A stretch of 64,000 bases of DNA from Candidatus Latescibacterota bacterium (lineage in GTDB: Bacteria > Latescibacterota > CBDEFO01): positions 3,648,001 through 3,712,000 of the forward strand of contig OZ252149.1 of assembly GCA_965248755.1 (NCBI GenBank), in the 5' to 3' direction. The position numbers were made by a program, and so were the translations under genes. Below are positions 29,064-38,161 of this stretch, piece after piece. Position 1 is the stretch's first letter. Every line of letters starts with the position of its first letter. The notes under the pieces are model-generated. The model was not told the DNA's origin and did not search any database. It was given only the letters and a program-made list of their open reading frames with translations.

Positions 29064-29115
29064 CGCTCAGCATCACCTGCGAGCGGAGCGAGTCAGGTGC
29101 ATGCCGTTGTTAGAC
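29058..29115 (-). other. Integron attC site (58 bp)
   Basis: Minus strand GTCTAAC..ATGCACCTGAC..CAGGTGATGC..GTTCGGC just after hicA stop. Confidence 0.8.
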
Positions 29116-29124
29116 GATAGAGCT

Positions 29125-29336
29125 TCATAGCAATTCACGAAATTCTTCTTCTGACAAACCGGCATCATGCACAATACCTCCCATAGTATAGGAATTCACC
29201 GGATTGTGCCGCGGAATAGTGAGAATACGCACACCGTCACTCATCACGATGTGCTTACCCTGTCGAACGACACGAAAATCGGCCTTTCCAATGCCCGAAC
29301 GGCATTTTGATGATTGATACCTGGTATCTTTGGCGC
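29125..29336 (-). pseudogene. hicA: HicA-family toxin, start codon lost (GCG) and 1-bp frameshift
   Basis: Corrected frame: PKIPGINHQNAVRALE(K)ADFRVVRQGKHIVMSDGVRILTIPRHNPVNSYTMGGIVHDAGLSEEEFRELL. Confidence 0.8.
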
Positions 29337-29338
29337 GC

Positions 29339-29536
29339 TCAGCCTACAACTTCGATTTCACGTATTACTGCATCCTCAAGCAGTTCATCACGAGCAGCGA
29401 GGTACTCACGGATCGCATTCTGGATATTCTCCAAAGCCTCTTCTTCTGTTACCCCTTGAGACCAACAACCTGGAAGCCCCGGTACGGAGACGCTGAAACC
29501 TTCTTCTGTTTCCTGAATTGCAATCTTGTATTCCAT
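29339..29536 (-). CDS. hicB: HicB-family antitoxin
   Basis: VSVPGLPGCWSQG.TEEEALENIQNAIREYL. Confidence 0.88.
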   Translation of the reverse strand: MEYKIAIQETEEGFSVSVPGLPGCWSQGVTEEEALENIQNAIREYLAARDELLEDAVIREIEVVG

Positions 29537-29707
29537 CTGGCTCTCTCCAGTGAACCGTGAAAGACGGCTATTTTTATGAACAGTTATCTGTCCTGTCCTT
29601 TTCACAACTATCTAAATATATTCACCAATTACAATAACTAAGTTAAAATAGATATTTCCTTGCTTCTTATGCAAATAGTACTTTGAACCCCCGATTATGT
29701 TGCCGAA
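29534..29707 (-). repeat. ~170-bp leader, copy B (attC right end to ATG of hicB)
   Basis: Near-identical to 28891-29063. Confidence 0.9.
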
Positions 29708-29785
29708 AGACAGGATCAGCCGACCGATTCCGCAGAGTGTAGCGGAACCGCGCGGTTTTGGGTCGGCTGGATGCTACTGTTAGAA
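29702..29785 (-). other. Integron attC site (84 bp) closing the RT cassette
   Basis: Minus strand TTCTAAC..ATCCAGCCGACC..GGTCGGCTGATC..TTTCGGC, 1 nt after RT stop; R' reads TTT rather than GTT. Confidence 0.75.
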
Positions 29786-29786
29786 A

Positions 29787-31310
29787 TCATAGTGCCTCTA
29801 ACACCCACTTTGATACCCATCTATCCGTAATCAAAGGAGAACTAGCCATAGTTAATTTAAGCCAATGCTTTTTTTCATCCCCCGGCAGAATATGAGCAGC
29901 ATATAAAATTGCTCTTCGATCCAAGTTGCCAACAGAAAAAATATCTGCTTTTTTATTTCTGACCCAACTCAAATCTTTGATAGTCACTGCAGCTCGCGCT
30001 TGATTTACAACGTTAGGTCCATTCATAACAAAAGCTTTTAGACTTCTATCGGACATTATCTTTTCATTTCGACTTAAATACCACTCAAACCAAAACCTAA
30101 CTAAATCTTGGTTCATAATTGGTGAGTCTGCCACCTTCCTTAAAGCGGAAATATGCTCATCAAGAAGGGCATCATCAGTAACCCTATCTAGATACAAGCA
30201 GACATCATTGATGACTGGTGCAAAAAATTCAAATTTATCAAGTAGTGTTTCAGCAAGCTCTGAGTATCCGTAGCTTCTTGCTTTTCTAATAAGACTCCTA
30301 GACAGACCTAGGTCTAAGTAATCTCGACTCAGAACCTTTTTTGCAGTTAGCTGTATTATTTCGTGCGCTTTTTCCTCGTCATCCTCAATCGGTACTTCAA
30401 TTTTTTGCTCTTCCCCAGAGTAAGGGTTAAATACCTCTAATGTTTTAAATAATTCAAGTTTTTCTATTTCGTAGCGGTTATGAAGAATTTCTTCAACGTA
30501 AGTTGGGCATTCTGTAATTCTTGTTTTTTCTGATGATAACGTGAGACGATGATTTTCATATAGGTACAGAGTTAGTCTGTCCAGAATTTCAAGTAGCTCC
30601 TCTTTTGAGTCCGAAAATATTCGGAAATCATCAACATACCTTATATGATCTACGCCTTTTCCTATTAGAAAATTATCAATATCAATAAATATTGCCTCTG
30701 ACATGATAATGCTTGCGGCTGGCCCAACAGGAACACCTTGTGAAGCCTTGGTATTTAATTTTAAGAAGAATTGTTCAATGTCGTCAGCTATTGGTTTTAA
30801 TTGAGGAGAAGCAAATTCGATAGCGTTATTTAGTCGATGCAGATATATCTGGTTATAGAAATCTGTAATATCAGTTACCAAAATGTATTGAAAACTAGTG
30901 GTTAGCTGTTCAGATCTTCTGGTAAATGCATCAAAACCATTACCAGATGCAAAGAAGCTACCACCATCTAAATGGATTCTATATGAATATGCCACATGCT
31001 GACCTATTGGAACCCGAGCATTTTCTATATCTTCGGCTATTTGATATGCCAACGCTGTATATACGATTGCATTCAATGGTTCTAATTGGTGTACTACCCT
31101 GAATGTTCCATCGGGTTTAAATGAAGTTTTTGTTACTAGAGGAAGAACCCAGTGTTTTTCTACGTTCTTGGATTTTAGCTCAGCCTTTACCTCATCCCAG
31201 CTATGCCATAGCGCATCATATTCTAAGGCCTTCGGAAAGAAATCTGAGGCGTAAAACTTTTGAATATGCTCCTTGGCAAATTCAAGAGAATCGTCTGTCA
31301 ATATACTCAT
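29787..31310 (-). CDS. Abi/UG-class (DRT-like) reverse transcriptase with helical C-terminal extension
   Basis: KPDGTFR, TDITDFYNQIY, QGVPVGP, RYVDD, LSSEKT; AT-rich; no group II intron maturase domain evident. Confidence 0.88.
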   Translation of the reverse strand: MSILTDDSLEFAKEHIQKFYASDFFPKALEYDALWHSWDEVKAELKSKNVEKHWVLPLVTKTSFKPDGTFRVVHQLEPLNAIVYTALAYQIAEDIENARVPIGQHVAYSYRIHLDGGSFFASGNGFDAFTRRSEQLTTSFQYILVTDITDFYNQIYLHRLNNAIEFASPQLKPIADDIEQFFLKLNTKASQGVPVGPAASIIMSEAIFIDIDNFLIGKGVDHIRYVDDFRIFSDSKEELLEILDRLTLYLYENHRLTLSSEKTRITECPTYVEEILHNRYEIEKLELFKTLEVFNPYSGEEQKIEVPIEDDEEKAHEIIQLTAKKVLSRDYLDLGLSRSLIRKARSYGYSELAETLLDKFEFFAPVINDVCLYLDRVTDDALLDEHISALRKVADSPIMNQDLVRFWFEWYLSRNEKIMSDRSLKAFVMNGPNVVNQARAAVTIKDLSWVRNKKADIFSVGNLDRRAILYAAHILPGDEKKHWLKLTMASSPLITDRWVSKWVLEAL

Positions 31311-31516
31311 ATCTTTCCTTGTTGACTTCTAACTAGGGCTTATACAGTTTTCTATGCTATGAACCTATATACAGCTATTTGAGCTATATAAGACCCCACT
31401 GAAATGTTAAGAAAAAACCTGTAATATTAAAAATATCATTCTGTTAAGTCATAATTACCATAAGTTTTGTAGGAATTATATACAGACTGTATAAAACCCA
31501 AATTCAACGTCATTTC

Positions 31517-33220
31517 CTACAGATTCAGCTCCCTGATGATCTCTATCACCCTCTTTTGGATACTCTCTGTCTTGACTTTCTCCACCTCTTTGGTTGACCT
31601 GTGCCTGACCTCAACGATACCCTCTTTCAGACCGCGCTCCCCGATTGTGAGCCTTATGGGGATGCCTAAAAGGTCAGCGTCTTTGAACTTGGTTCCGGGT
31701 CTTTCGTCTCTGTCGTCAAAAAGGACGTCGAAGCCTTCGGACTGGAGGTCGCAATATATCTTTTCTGAAATGTCCAGAGTCTCTCTGTGCGAGACGTTCA
31801 CAGGCAATATGTGGACATGATAAGGCGCGATTGAGATAGGCCAGACGATTCCGTCCTCATCTGCGTCCTGGTCTATGACAGCCGCCATTACCCTTTCGAG
31901 GCCAATTCCGTAGCTGCCCATAACTATGGGTTTGGCCCGCCCCTTTGAGTCGAGGAAGGTGGCCCCTAAAGCCTTCGAGTACTTGGTGCCCAGTTTGAAT
32001 ATGTGTCCGATCTCAATAGTGGGCGTTACCTTTATGGGTTCTTTGCACTCTGGACAGCCTTCGCCGGTCTTGATATATCTTATGTCCTCGTATCTGTTGG
32101 CCTTGAAGTCCCTTCCGGCCTCAAGTCCACTGAAGTGGTAGTCCTCTTGATTTGCTCCTGTGATAATCGCCTTTTGATCCTTAAGCGTGGGGTCGGCTAT
32201 CGTCTCCACGCCCTCCAGCCCGACAGGACCGATGAACCCTGCGGGTGCTCCAGTTATCTCAAGGATTTCCTCCTCCGTGGCGGGACCGACCTCTGCGTCC
32301 AGGATCTCTGATAGCTTGGCCTCGCTCAGGTTATGGTCGCCTCTAACAAGGGCCATTACAGGGCGGTCATCAGCCATAAAGAGGAGAGACTTCATAAGCT
32401 GATGGGGCTCAACTTTCAGGAATTGACAGACCTGGGCTATTGTCTTTGTGCCGGGCGTGTGGACTTTTTCTGCAGGATGGCTTTCAAAGTCAAAGTCCCT
32501 GGCGACGGAGCGGGCTACTTCCATATTGGATGCGTAGCCGCAGCTTTCGCAGAGGGCGATTTCGTCCTCCCCTGAGTCCGACAGGACCATAAACTCCTCA
32601 GATTCGCTCCCGCCCATGATTCCGCTTGAGGCGGAGACGGTAAGGACATCCAGACCACAGCGCTTGCAGATACGAAGATATGCCTCCTTCTGGAGCTTGT
32701 AGCTTACCTCCAGCCCCTCCCCGTCAACGTCGAAGCTGTAGGCGTCTTTCATCAGGAACTGCCTGCCTCTCAGCACTCCTGAGCGAGGTCTCGGTTCATC
32801 GCGGAACTTGGTCTGTATCTGATACCATATCTGAGGGAGTTCCCGATACGATCTGATCTCCTTTTGGGCTATCTCTGTAAATATCTCCTCGTGCGTCGGA
32901 GCCAGGCAGAGCTCAGATCCCTTTCGGTCCTTGAGTTTGAACATGTCGTCGCCTATCTCATCTTCTCTCCCTGTGGCCTTCCAGATTTCCATCCTGCTCA
33001 GCGACGGCAGCAAAAACTCCTGCCCTCCTATCCTGTCCATCTCCTCTTTTATGATTCGTCTGATATTCTGAAGAACCCTCCAGCCAAAGGGCAGATACGA
33101 ATAGACGCCGGCTGTATGGAGGCGTATCATCCCCGCCTTGAGCATAAGCTGATGGCTTTTAGCCACCACATCCTGGGGAATCTCCTTCAAAGTAGGTATA
33201 AACGCCCTGGAGAGTCTCAT
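31517..33220 (-). CDS. proS: Proline--tRNA ligase
   Basis: LAPTHEE, KFRDEPRPR, EIGHIFKLGTKYS, MGSYGIG. Confidence 0.97.
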   Translation of the reverse strand: MRLSRAFIPTLKEIPQDVVAKSHQLMLKAGMIRLHTAGVYSYLPFGWRVLQNIRRIIKEEMDRIGGQEFLLPSLSRMEIWKATGREDEIGDDMFKLKDRKGSELCLAPTHEEIFTEIAQKEIRSYRELPQIWYQIQTKFRDEPRPRSGVLRGRQFLMKDAYSFDVDGEGLEVSYKLQKEAYLRICKRCGLDVLTVSASSGIMGGSESEEFMVLSDSGEDEIALCESCGYASNMEVARSVARDFDFESHPAEKVHTPGTKTIAQVCQFLKVEPHQLMKSLLFMADDRPVMALVRGDHNLSEAKLSEILDAEVGPATEEEILEITGAPAGFIGPVGLEGVETIADPTLKDQKAIITGANQEDYHFSGLEAGRDFKANRYEDIRYIKTGEGCPECKEPIKVTPTIEIGHIFKLGTKYSKALGATFLDSKGRAKPIVMGSYGIGLERVMAAVIDQDADEDGIVWPISIAPYHVHILPVNVSHRETLDISEKIYCDLQSEGFDVLFDDRDERPGTKFKDADLLGIPIRLTIGERGLKEGIVEVRHRSTKEVEKVKTESIQKRVIEIIRELNL

Positions 33221-33261
33221 AATACAACTTGCCCTTTACAGAACCTCTAATCTGTCTTTCC

Positions 33262-33306
33262 GTAGAGGCGAGGTCTGCTCGCCCCAAGGGGGACCACCGC
33301 CCCTAC
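33262..33306. repeat. GTAG-type REP doublet
   Basis: GTAGAGGCGAG..CTCGCCC ... CGCCCCTAC; similar elements near 33965, 41408 and 62721. Confidence 0.6.
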
Positions 33307-33339
33307 ATTTATTTATCTGGGATTTATCTGGGAAAATTG

Positions 33340-33765
33340 TCACAGATCCTCGACCATAGCCAGAACCTCTTGCAGGTCTTTCCTTATTTCCAAAATAAGC
33401 TCATCGGAGGCGCTTGCCTCTGCGGCACGTTCTTCGGTTTCAATGGGCTCCTTTTTTTGCTTTAGATCGAGCATCGGCTGCGACAGCGCCTGTTCAAGAG
33501 GGATATCCAGAAACTGTTTTACAAACTCCTTATCATCTTTCAGCCTCTGCTTCGTGTGCTCTGTGGTATGTCCTTCCTGATTAAGGAGTCTGTGTAGCAG
33601 AAGTACTATCTTAATATCGCGCTCTTTGTAGGAGCGTTTGCCTCCCCTGTTCCTTCTGGGTTTGAGGATGGAGAAGTTGCTCTCCCAATGTCTCAGAGTG
33701 TGTTGTTCAACATCGGCAAGCTCTGATACTTCGCTTATGGAGTAGTATATCTTTTTTACCTGCAT
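33340..33765 (-). CDS. MerR-family transcriptional regulator
   Basis: YYSISEVS..HTLRHWE..LKPRRNRGGKRSY. Confidence 0.85.
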   Translation of the reverse strand: MQVKKIYYSISEVSELADVEQHTLRHWESNFSILKPRRNRGGKRSYKERDIKIVLLLHRLLNQEGHTTEHTKQRLKDDKEFVKQFLDIPLEQALSQPMLDLKQKKEPIETEERAAEASASDELILEIRKDLQEVLAMVEDL

Positions 33766-34002
33766 ATTACGATAGTCTTTCCTCCTCCCTGTCTTACGAG
33801 ATTGCTTCCCCCCGATAGATCCAATCGGGGGTCGCTCACAACGACGGTTTAGGAGGACGCACAAGGACGTGGCCCAGATATACTTTTAGTCAATGCCTGT
33901 TCTGGTCTTCAGCCATTGCAAGAGGTTCTGCCCTGAAGCAATCTCAAAGGAGACACGGTGCCCGAGTCTCCTGGGCGAGGAAACCTCGCCCCTGCTGGCT
34001 AC

Positions 34003-35001
34003 TTATGTTTCGGGTTTTGCCTCTCTGATCATCAGCTGTGATACTGCGTCTTTGGGATCCTTATCCTGAAAAAGCACAGAGTGCACCTGTTCTGTGATGG
34101 GCATTTCTACCTCGAATTTTTGTGATAGTTGAAGTGCAGATTTCGTGGTCTTGACCCCTTCTGCAACCATGGTCATTTCGGATAAGACGTCCTTAAGTAT
34201 TCTTCCTTTGCCCACCTGTTCGCCCACGTATCTGTTGCGGCTGTGGCGGCTTGCGCAGGTGGTGACGATGTCCCCTATGCCGGACAGTCCGTAGAAAGTG
34301 GCGGCGTCCGCTCCCATAGCCGTTCCGAGTCGGACGATCTCAAAGAGTCCCCTGGAAATCAGGGCTCCCTTGGTGTTATCTCCGAACCCGAGTCCGTCGC
34401 ACATGCCCGATGCCAGGGCTATAATATTCTTTAGTGCTCCGCCGAGTTCCACACCTAAAAGATCGCTATTTGTATAGACTCTAAACGATGGACTCATAAA
34501 GGCCTCTTGGACCGCTTGAGCGGCCTGTATCCTCTTGGAGGAGGCGACGACTGTTGTGGGTATGCACCTTACAACCTCCTCCGCGTGGCTGGGACCTGAA
34601 AGTGCGACTATATCCTCCAGACCTGATGGGGCAAGCTCCTCTTCGAGCACTTCCGACATCCTTTTGAGCATATCGTTTTCGATGCCTTTGACAACGCTGA
34701 CGGCGATCTTTCCTTCAAGATCAAAGCCCAAAAGTCTCCTGGCCACCTCCCTGAGAGAGTGGGAGGGGACGGCAAAGACGACCATCTCGTTTTCGTCCAG
34801 GACGGCATCCAGATCCGATGAGATGAAAACATCAGGGTCTATGACCACCCCTTCAAGACGGATCTTATTTTCGCGGGTGCGCGCCATCTTCTCTGCCGTC
34901 TGGGGAGTCCGTTCATAGAGCTTGACGCTGTTGCCGTTTTGAGAAAGGAGTACAGAAAGCGCTGTGCCCCAGCTTCCACCTCCGAGTACGGCAATGTTCA
35001 T
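34003..35001 (-). CDS. gpsA: NAD(P)H-dependent glycerol-3-phosphate dehydrogenase
   Basis: GGGSWGTAL, SGPSHAEEV, GALKNIIA, SRN. Confidence 0.95.
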   Translation of the reverse strand: MNIAVLGGGSWGTALSVLLSQNGNSVKLYERTPQTAEKMARTRENKIRLEGVVIDPDVFISSDLDAVLDENEMVVFAVPSHSLREVARRLLGFDLEGKIAVSVVKGIENDMLKRMSEVLEEELAPSGLEDIVALSGPSHAEEVVRCIPTTVVASSKRIQAAQAVQEAFMSPSFRVYTNSDLLGVELGGALKNIIALASGMCDGLGFGDNTKGALISRGLFEIVRLGTAMGADAATFYGLSGIGDIVTTCASRHSRNRYVGEQVGKGRILKDVLSEMTMVAEGVKTTKSALQLSQKFEVEMPITEQVHSVLFQDKDPKDAVSQLMIREAKPET

Positions 35002-35636
35002 CTCTGCTCCCTTTTCCTTCCGAATCGGTTCTCTTGACCCTTTATAAGCCTCCCTATGTTGGACCTGTGAGCTGCTACGATCAAAAGAGCGGAAAGGCAG
35101 GTGAAGATAAAGAGTTCGTCCGACAACCCCATCTTTAGCGTGAACTTCTGTGTTGCTACGACCAATGGCAGCGATAAGGCGGCAGATATCGATCCGAGGG
35201 AGACATAGCGAGTGGAAAAGGTGACTACGATCCAGACCAGAAGGCATATAAGAGCCGATACCCAGGACAGAGCTAACATAACCCCAAGCGCAGTGTTGAC
35301 CGCTTTCCCTCCCTTAAAGCGGGCGAATATCGTCCATATATGCCCGCAGATGACCGCCACCCCTCCGATGATCTCCAGGAGGTCAGGATCCAGTGGAGAT
35401 AGATTAAGAGAGATCTTAGCGACCCAGAGGACACAGACAGCGCCTTTGGCTACGTCTATTAAGCTCACAAATACAGCCGGCCCGATGCCTAATGTCCTAT
35501 ATACATTGGTAGCCCCGGCGTTCTTGCTCCCGTAGTCTCTGATGTCTATACCTTTGAGGAGTTTTGAGACTATTATGCTTGTGGGAATAGAGCCTAGTAT
35601 GTAGCTTGTGATGGCTACTGTAAATATTGTGAGCAT
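34998..35636 (-). CDS. plsY: Glycerol-3-phosphate acyltransferase
   Basis: GSKNAGATN, FKGGKAV, HRSNI. Confidence 0.95.
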   Translation of the reverse strand: MLTIFTVAITSYILGSIPTSIIVSKLLKGIDIRDYGSKNAGATNVYRTLGIGPAVFVSLIDVAKGAVCVLWVAKISLNLSPLDPDLLEIIGGVAVICGHIWTIFARFKGGKAVNTALGVMLALSWVSALICLLVWIVVTFSTRYVSLGSISAALSLPLVVATQKFTLKMGLSDELFIFTCLSALLIVAAHRSNIGRLIKGQENRFGRKREQR

Positions 35637-35645
35637 GATGTGCTT

Positions 35646-36638
35646 TTATTCTACTATAACGGAACTTACCGCTTCTTCAATTTCCTCTCCTCTATTTCCT
35701 CCCTCAATCTTAAAAGCGATATTTCCATCCCTATCGAGTATGTATGCGCTAGGGATGTCATTTACATTGTAGAGCCTTACAACAGTGTCCTTCCAGCCTT
35801 TGCCTTCACATAGCTGAGGCCAGGTGAATTCCTCTTCTTTTATCGTGGCTCGGAGTGTCTCAAAATCCATATCCTCAGATATACCAATAAGGGCAACCTT
35901 ATCTTCCGGATACTCTTCAGCTATCTTCCGCAGATGAGGGTACACGTAACGGCAAAAACCGCAGCCTGTAGACCAAAAATGCAGGAGTACGACTTTCCCG
36001 CGATAGTCCGCAAGGTCTATAAGATTATCATCTATGTCGTTCAGGGCGAAGTGAGGCGCCGGCTGTCCTACATTCAAGCTCTGGATTTCATAGACGTATC
36101 CCTTTGCCTGTTCTACGTGCCATTCGGAGGAGTTCCACTCGATGATCTATTCGAAGGCTTGACGCGCTTTTTCCATTTCGCCTTTACTCAGCCAATTTTC
36201 GGCTAAGGTGTCCAGCAAAGCAGATCGGCTCTTCAGAGGAACGACTCTCTGCTCTAGATGCTCCAGCAGTTTCCGCCCTTCTTCAAAGCGATCGTCTCGG
36301 GAAAAGGCTCGCCGCAAACCATGTTCGACTTTATCCCATACGTCTTCCTGGTAGGAAATGTGAGTCAGGGCTTCTTGAACCTTTTCGCTGACTCCCTTCA
36401 AGTTGCCCCACATTCCAAAGGCACTGTCGAGGGCTTTCGTCGCCAACTCGGAAGGTCTCTTCTCCAGATAGATCTGGAAATAGTCGGGCGCGGGTAGATA
36501 TTGAGGGTTAGGCTTCTCGTCATAATTCTTAGCATCCCTCATCGTTTCCCAGAACCGCTTGATCTCATCCAAGTCCGCCTTACGCTTGGCTTTGAACTCC
36601 TTCTCTTCCTGTGTGGGTGAACGATCCTGTGTAGTTAT
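35646..36638 (-). pseudogene. TlpA/thioredoxin-like protein with N-terminal helical domain; ATA in place of start and in-frame TAG at 36147-36149
   Basis: ORFs 36147..36572 and 35646..36077 share a frame (..QAFE*IIEWNSS..SLNVGQPAP..WSTGCGFC); RBS AGAGGTGA before ATA. Confidence 0.7.
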
Positions 36639-36677
36639 CTTCGAGTCACCTCTTTAATTCAGACACGAAAGTAGACC

Positions 36678-37985
36678 TCATTTCTTCCGTATATGTATCT
36701 TTATAGGGACGCCCTCAAATCCGTAGCTTTCTCTCAATTTTCTCACCAGAAAGCGACTGTATTCCTCAAGCACATCGTCCGGGTACTTTGAGAAAAAGAC
36801 GAATGTCGGAGGTTCTATCCTCTGCTGCGTGCAGTAAAAGAGTCTGGTATTCTTGCCCCTCCTGGCAGGAGGGGGAGTATGGAGCATCAGTTCCTGCAAG
36901 AATTTATTGAGTTTGGGTGTGGATATCCTGAGCCTTCGGTTTTCATAGATCTCAAATGCAAGGTCTAATGCCTTCTTCACACGCTGTCCGTCGAGTGCAG
37001 ATGTGAAGATCAAAGGGATATGACCTGCAAAGTGAAGCTTCTGTCTTATCTCCTTGACAAATCGATTGTAGGTATCGTTATCCTTTTCGACCAGATCCCA
37101 TTTGTTGACCACAAGGGCTGTCCCTTTGCCAAGTTCTTCGGCTGTAGATATGATTTTAGAGTCCTGTAGAGCGGGGCCTTCGAGGGCGTCTATGAGTACG
37201 AGGGCTACATCACACCTCTGGAGGCTCCTTTCCGTCCTGAGGGAGCTGTAGAACTCTATTTCGTCCTTGATCTTGGAGCGCTTGCGAAGTCCGGCTGTGT
37301 CGATAAGCACGTATTCTCTTCCGTTCTGATTCACACGGGTGTCTATCGAATCGCGCGTCGTGCCTGGTTTGGGGTCTGTTATTACGACTTCACGCCCGAC
37401 AACCATGTTGACAAACGTTGACTTGCCGACGTTGGTGCGTCCGACCACGCTGATTTTGGGTATGTCTTCTTCCTCTTCCGGCTCGATAGAGGGCAGTCGA
37501 GACACTATTTCGTCCAAGAGGTCGCCCGAGTACCTTCCGGTCAGAGCAGAGACAGGGATGGGGTCACCTAATCCGAGGCGATAGAAGTTTGAGACGTCAG
37601 GCTCTTCTCTTTCAGTATCCGTCTTGTTGGCTACAAGGATATATTTTGCAGAGCTTTTCTGCAATATACCTGCAAGATCTTCATCTAAGTCTGTGATCCC
37701 AGTGAGCGTGTCCACAAGGAAGACTATCAAATCCGCATCTTCCATCGCAAAGTCCGCCTGCGTCCTCACCGCCGCCTCTATGGAATCCCCGGGGCTAGGA
37801 ACGTAGCCGCCCGTATCGACTATCATAAACGAGCTTCCGTTCCACTCGGTCTCGGCATAGTTTCGGTCCCTTGTGACGCCGGGAGCTTCGTCTACTACTG
37901 CCCGCCTTTCCCTTATTATGCGGTTAAATAGCGTCGATTTTCCGACGTTCGGACGTCCGATTATGGCTACTACAGGCTTGTCCAT
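36678..37985 (-). CDS. der: Ribosome biogenesis GTPase Der
   Basis: Two GRxNVGKS G-domains + KH-like domain. Confidence 0.97.
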   Translation of the reverse strand: MDKPVVAIIGRPNVGKSTLFNRIIRERRAVVDEAPGVTRDRNYAETEWNGSSFMIVDTGGYVPSPGDSIEAAVRTQADFAMEDADLIVFLVDTLTGITDLDEDLAGILQKSSAKYILVANKTDTEREEPDVSNFYRLGLGDPIPVSALTGRYSGDLLDEIVSRLPSIEPEEEEDIPKISVVGRTNVGKSTFVNMVVGREVVITDPKPGTTRDSIDTRVNQNGREYVLIDTAGLRKRSKIKDEIEFYSSLRTERSLQRCDVALVLIDALEGPALQDSKIISTAEELGKGTALVVNKWDLVEKDNDTYNRFVKEIRQKLHFAGHIPLIFTSALDGQRVKKALDLAFEIYENRRLRISTPKLNKFLQELMLHTPPPARRGKNTRLFYCTQQRIEPPTFVFFSKYPDDVLEEYSRFLVRKLRESYGFEGVPIKIHIRKK

Positions 37986-38020
37986 TTTGGAATTACATCC
38001 TATATATAAGTAGACAGGCA

Positions 38021-38134
38021 GAGATTGCTTCGCAGAGCTCTGGGTTTCCCCGATAGATTCAATCGGGGACTCGCGAATGACGTAGCTTGTTTTTGCCTTC
38101 GGTCATTCCGAGGGGGTGAAACCCCGAAGCAATC
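38021..38134. repeat. REP-like doublet of the GAGATTGCTTC..CTCGCAATGAC family with nested mini-palindrome
   Basis: Related copies at ~33798, 33912, 41262-41388, 49390-49551, 55678-55765, 61478-61571. Confidence 0.7.
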
Positions 38135-38161
38135 TAGTGGGATGGGCGGCGGTGCCCCTGT

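Noticed and set aside
29787..31310. Group II intron or classic retron
   Set aside because: No maturase/En domain or intron domain V seen; no retron VTG signature or effector gene; bounded by cassette sites
7141..36149. Genome-wide TAG reassignment or pyrrolysine
   Set aside because: Many intact genes, including proS, end at TAG at the expected position; no pyl genes or suppressor tRNA seen
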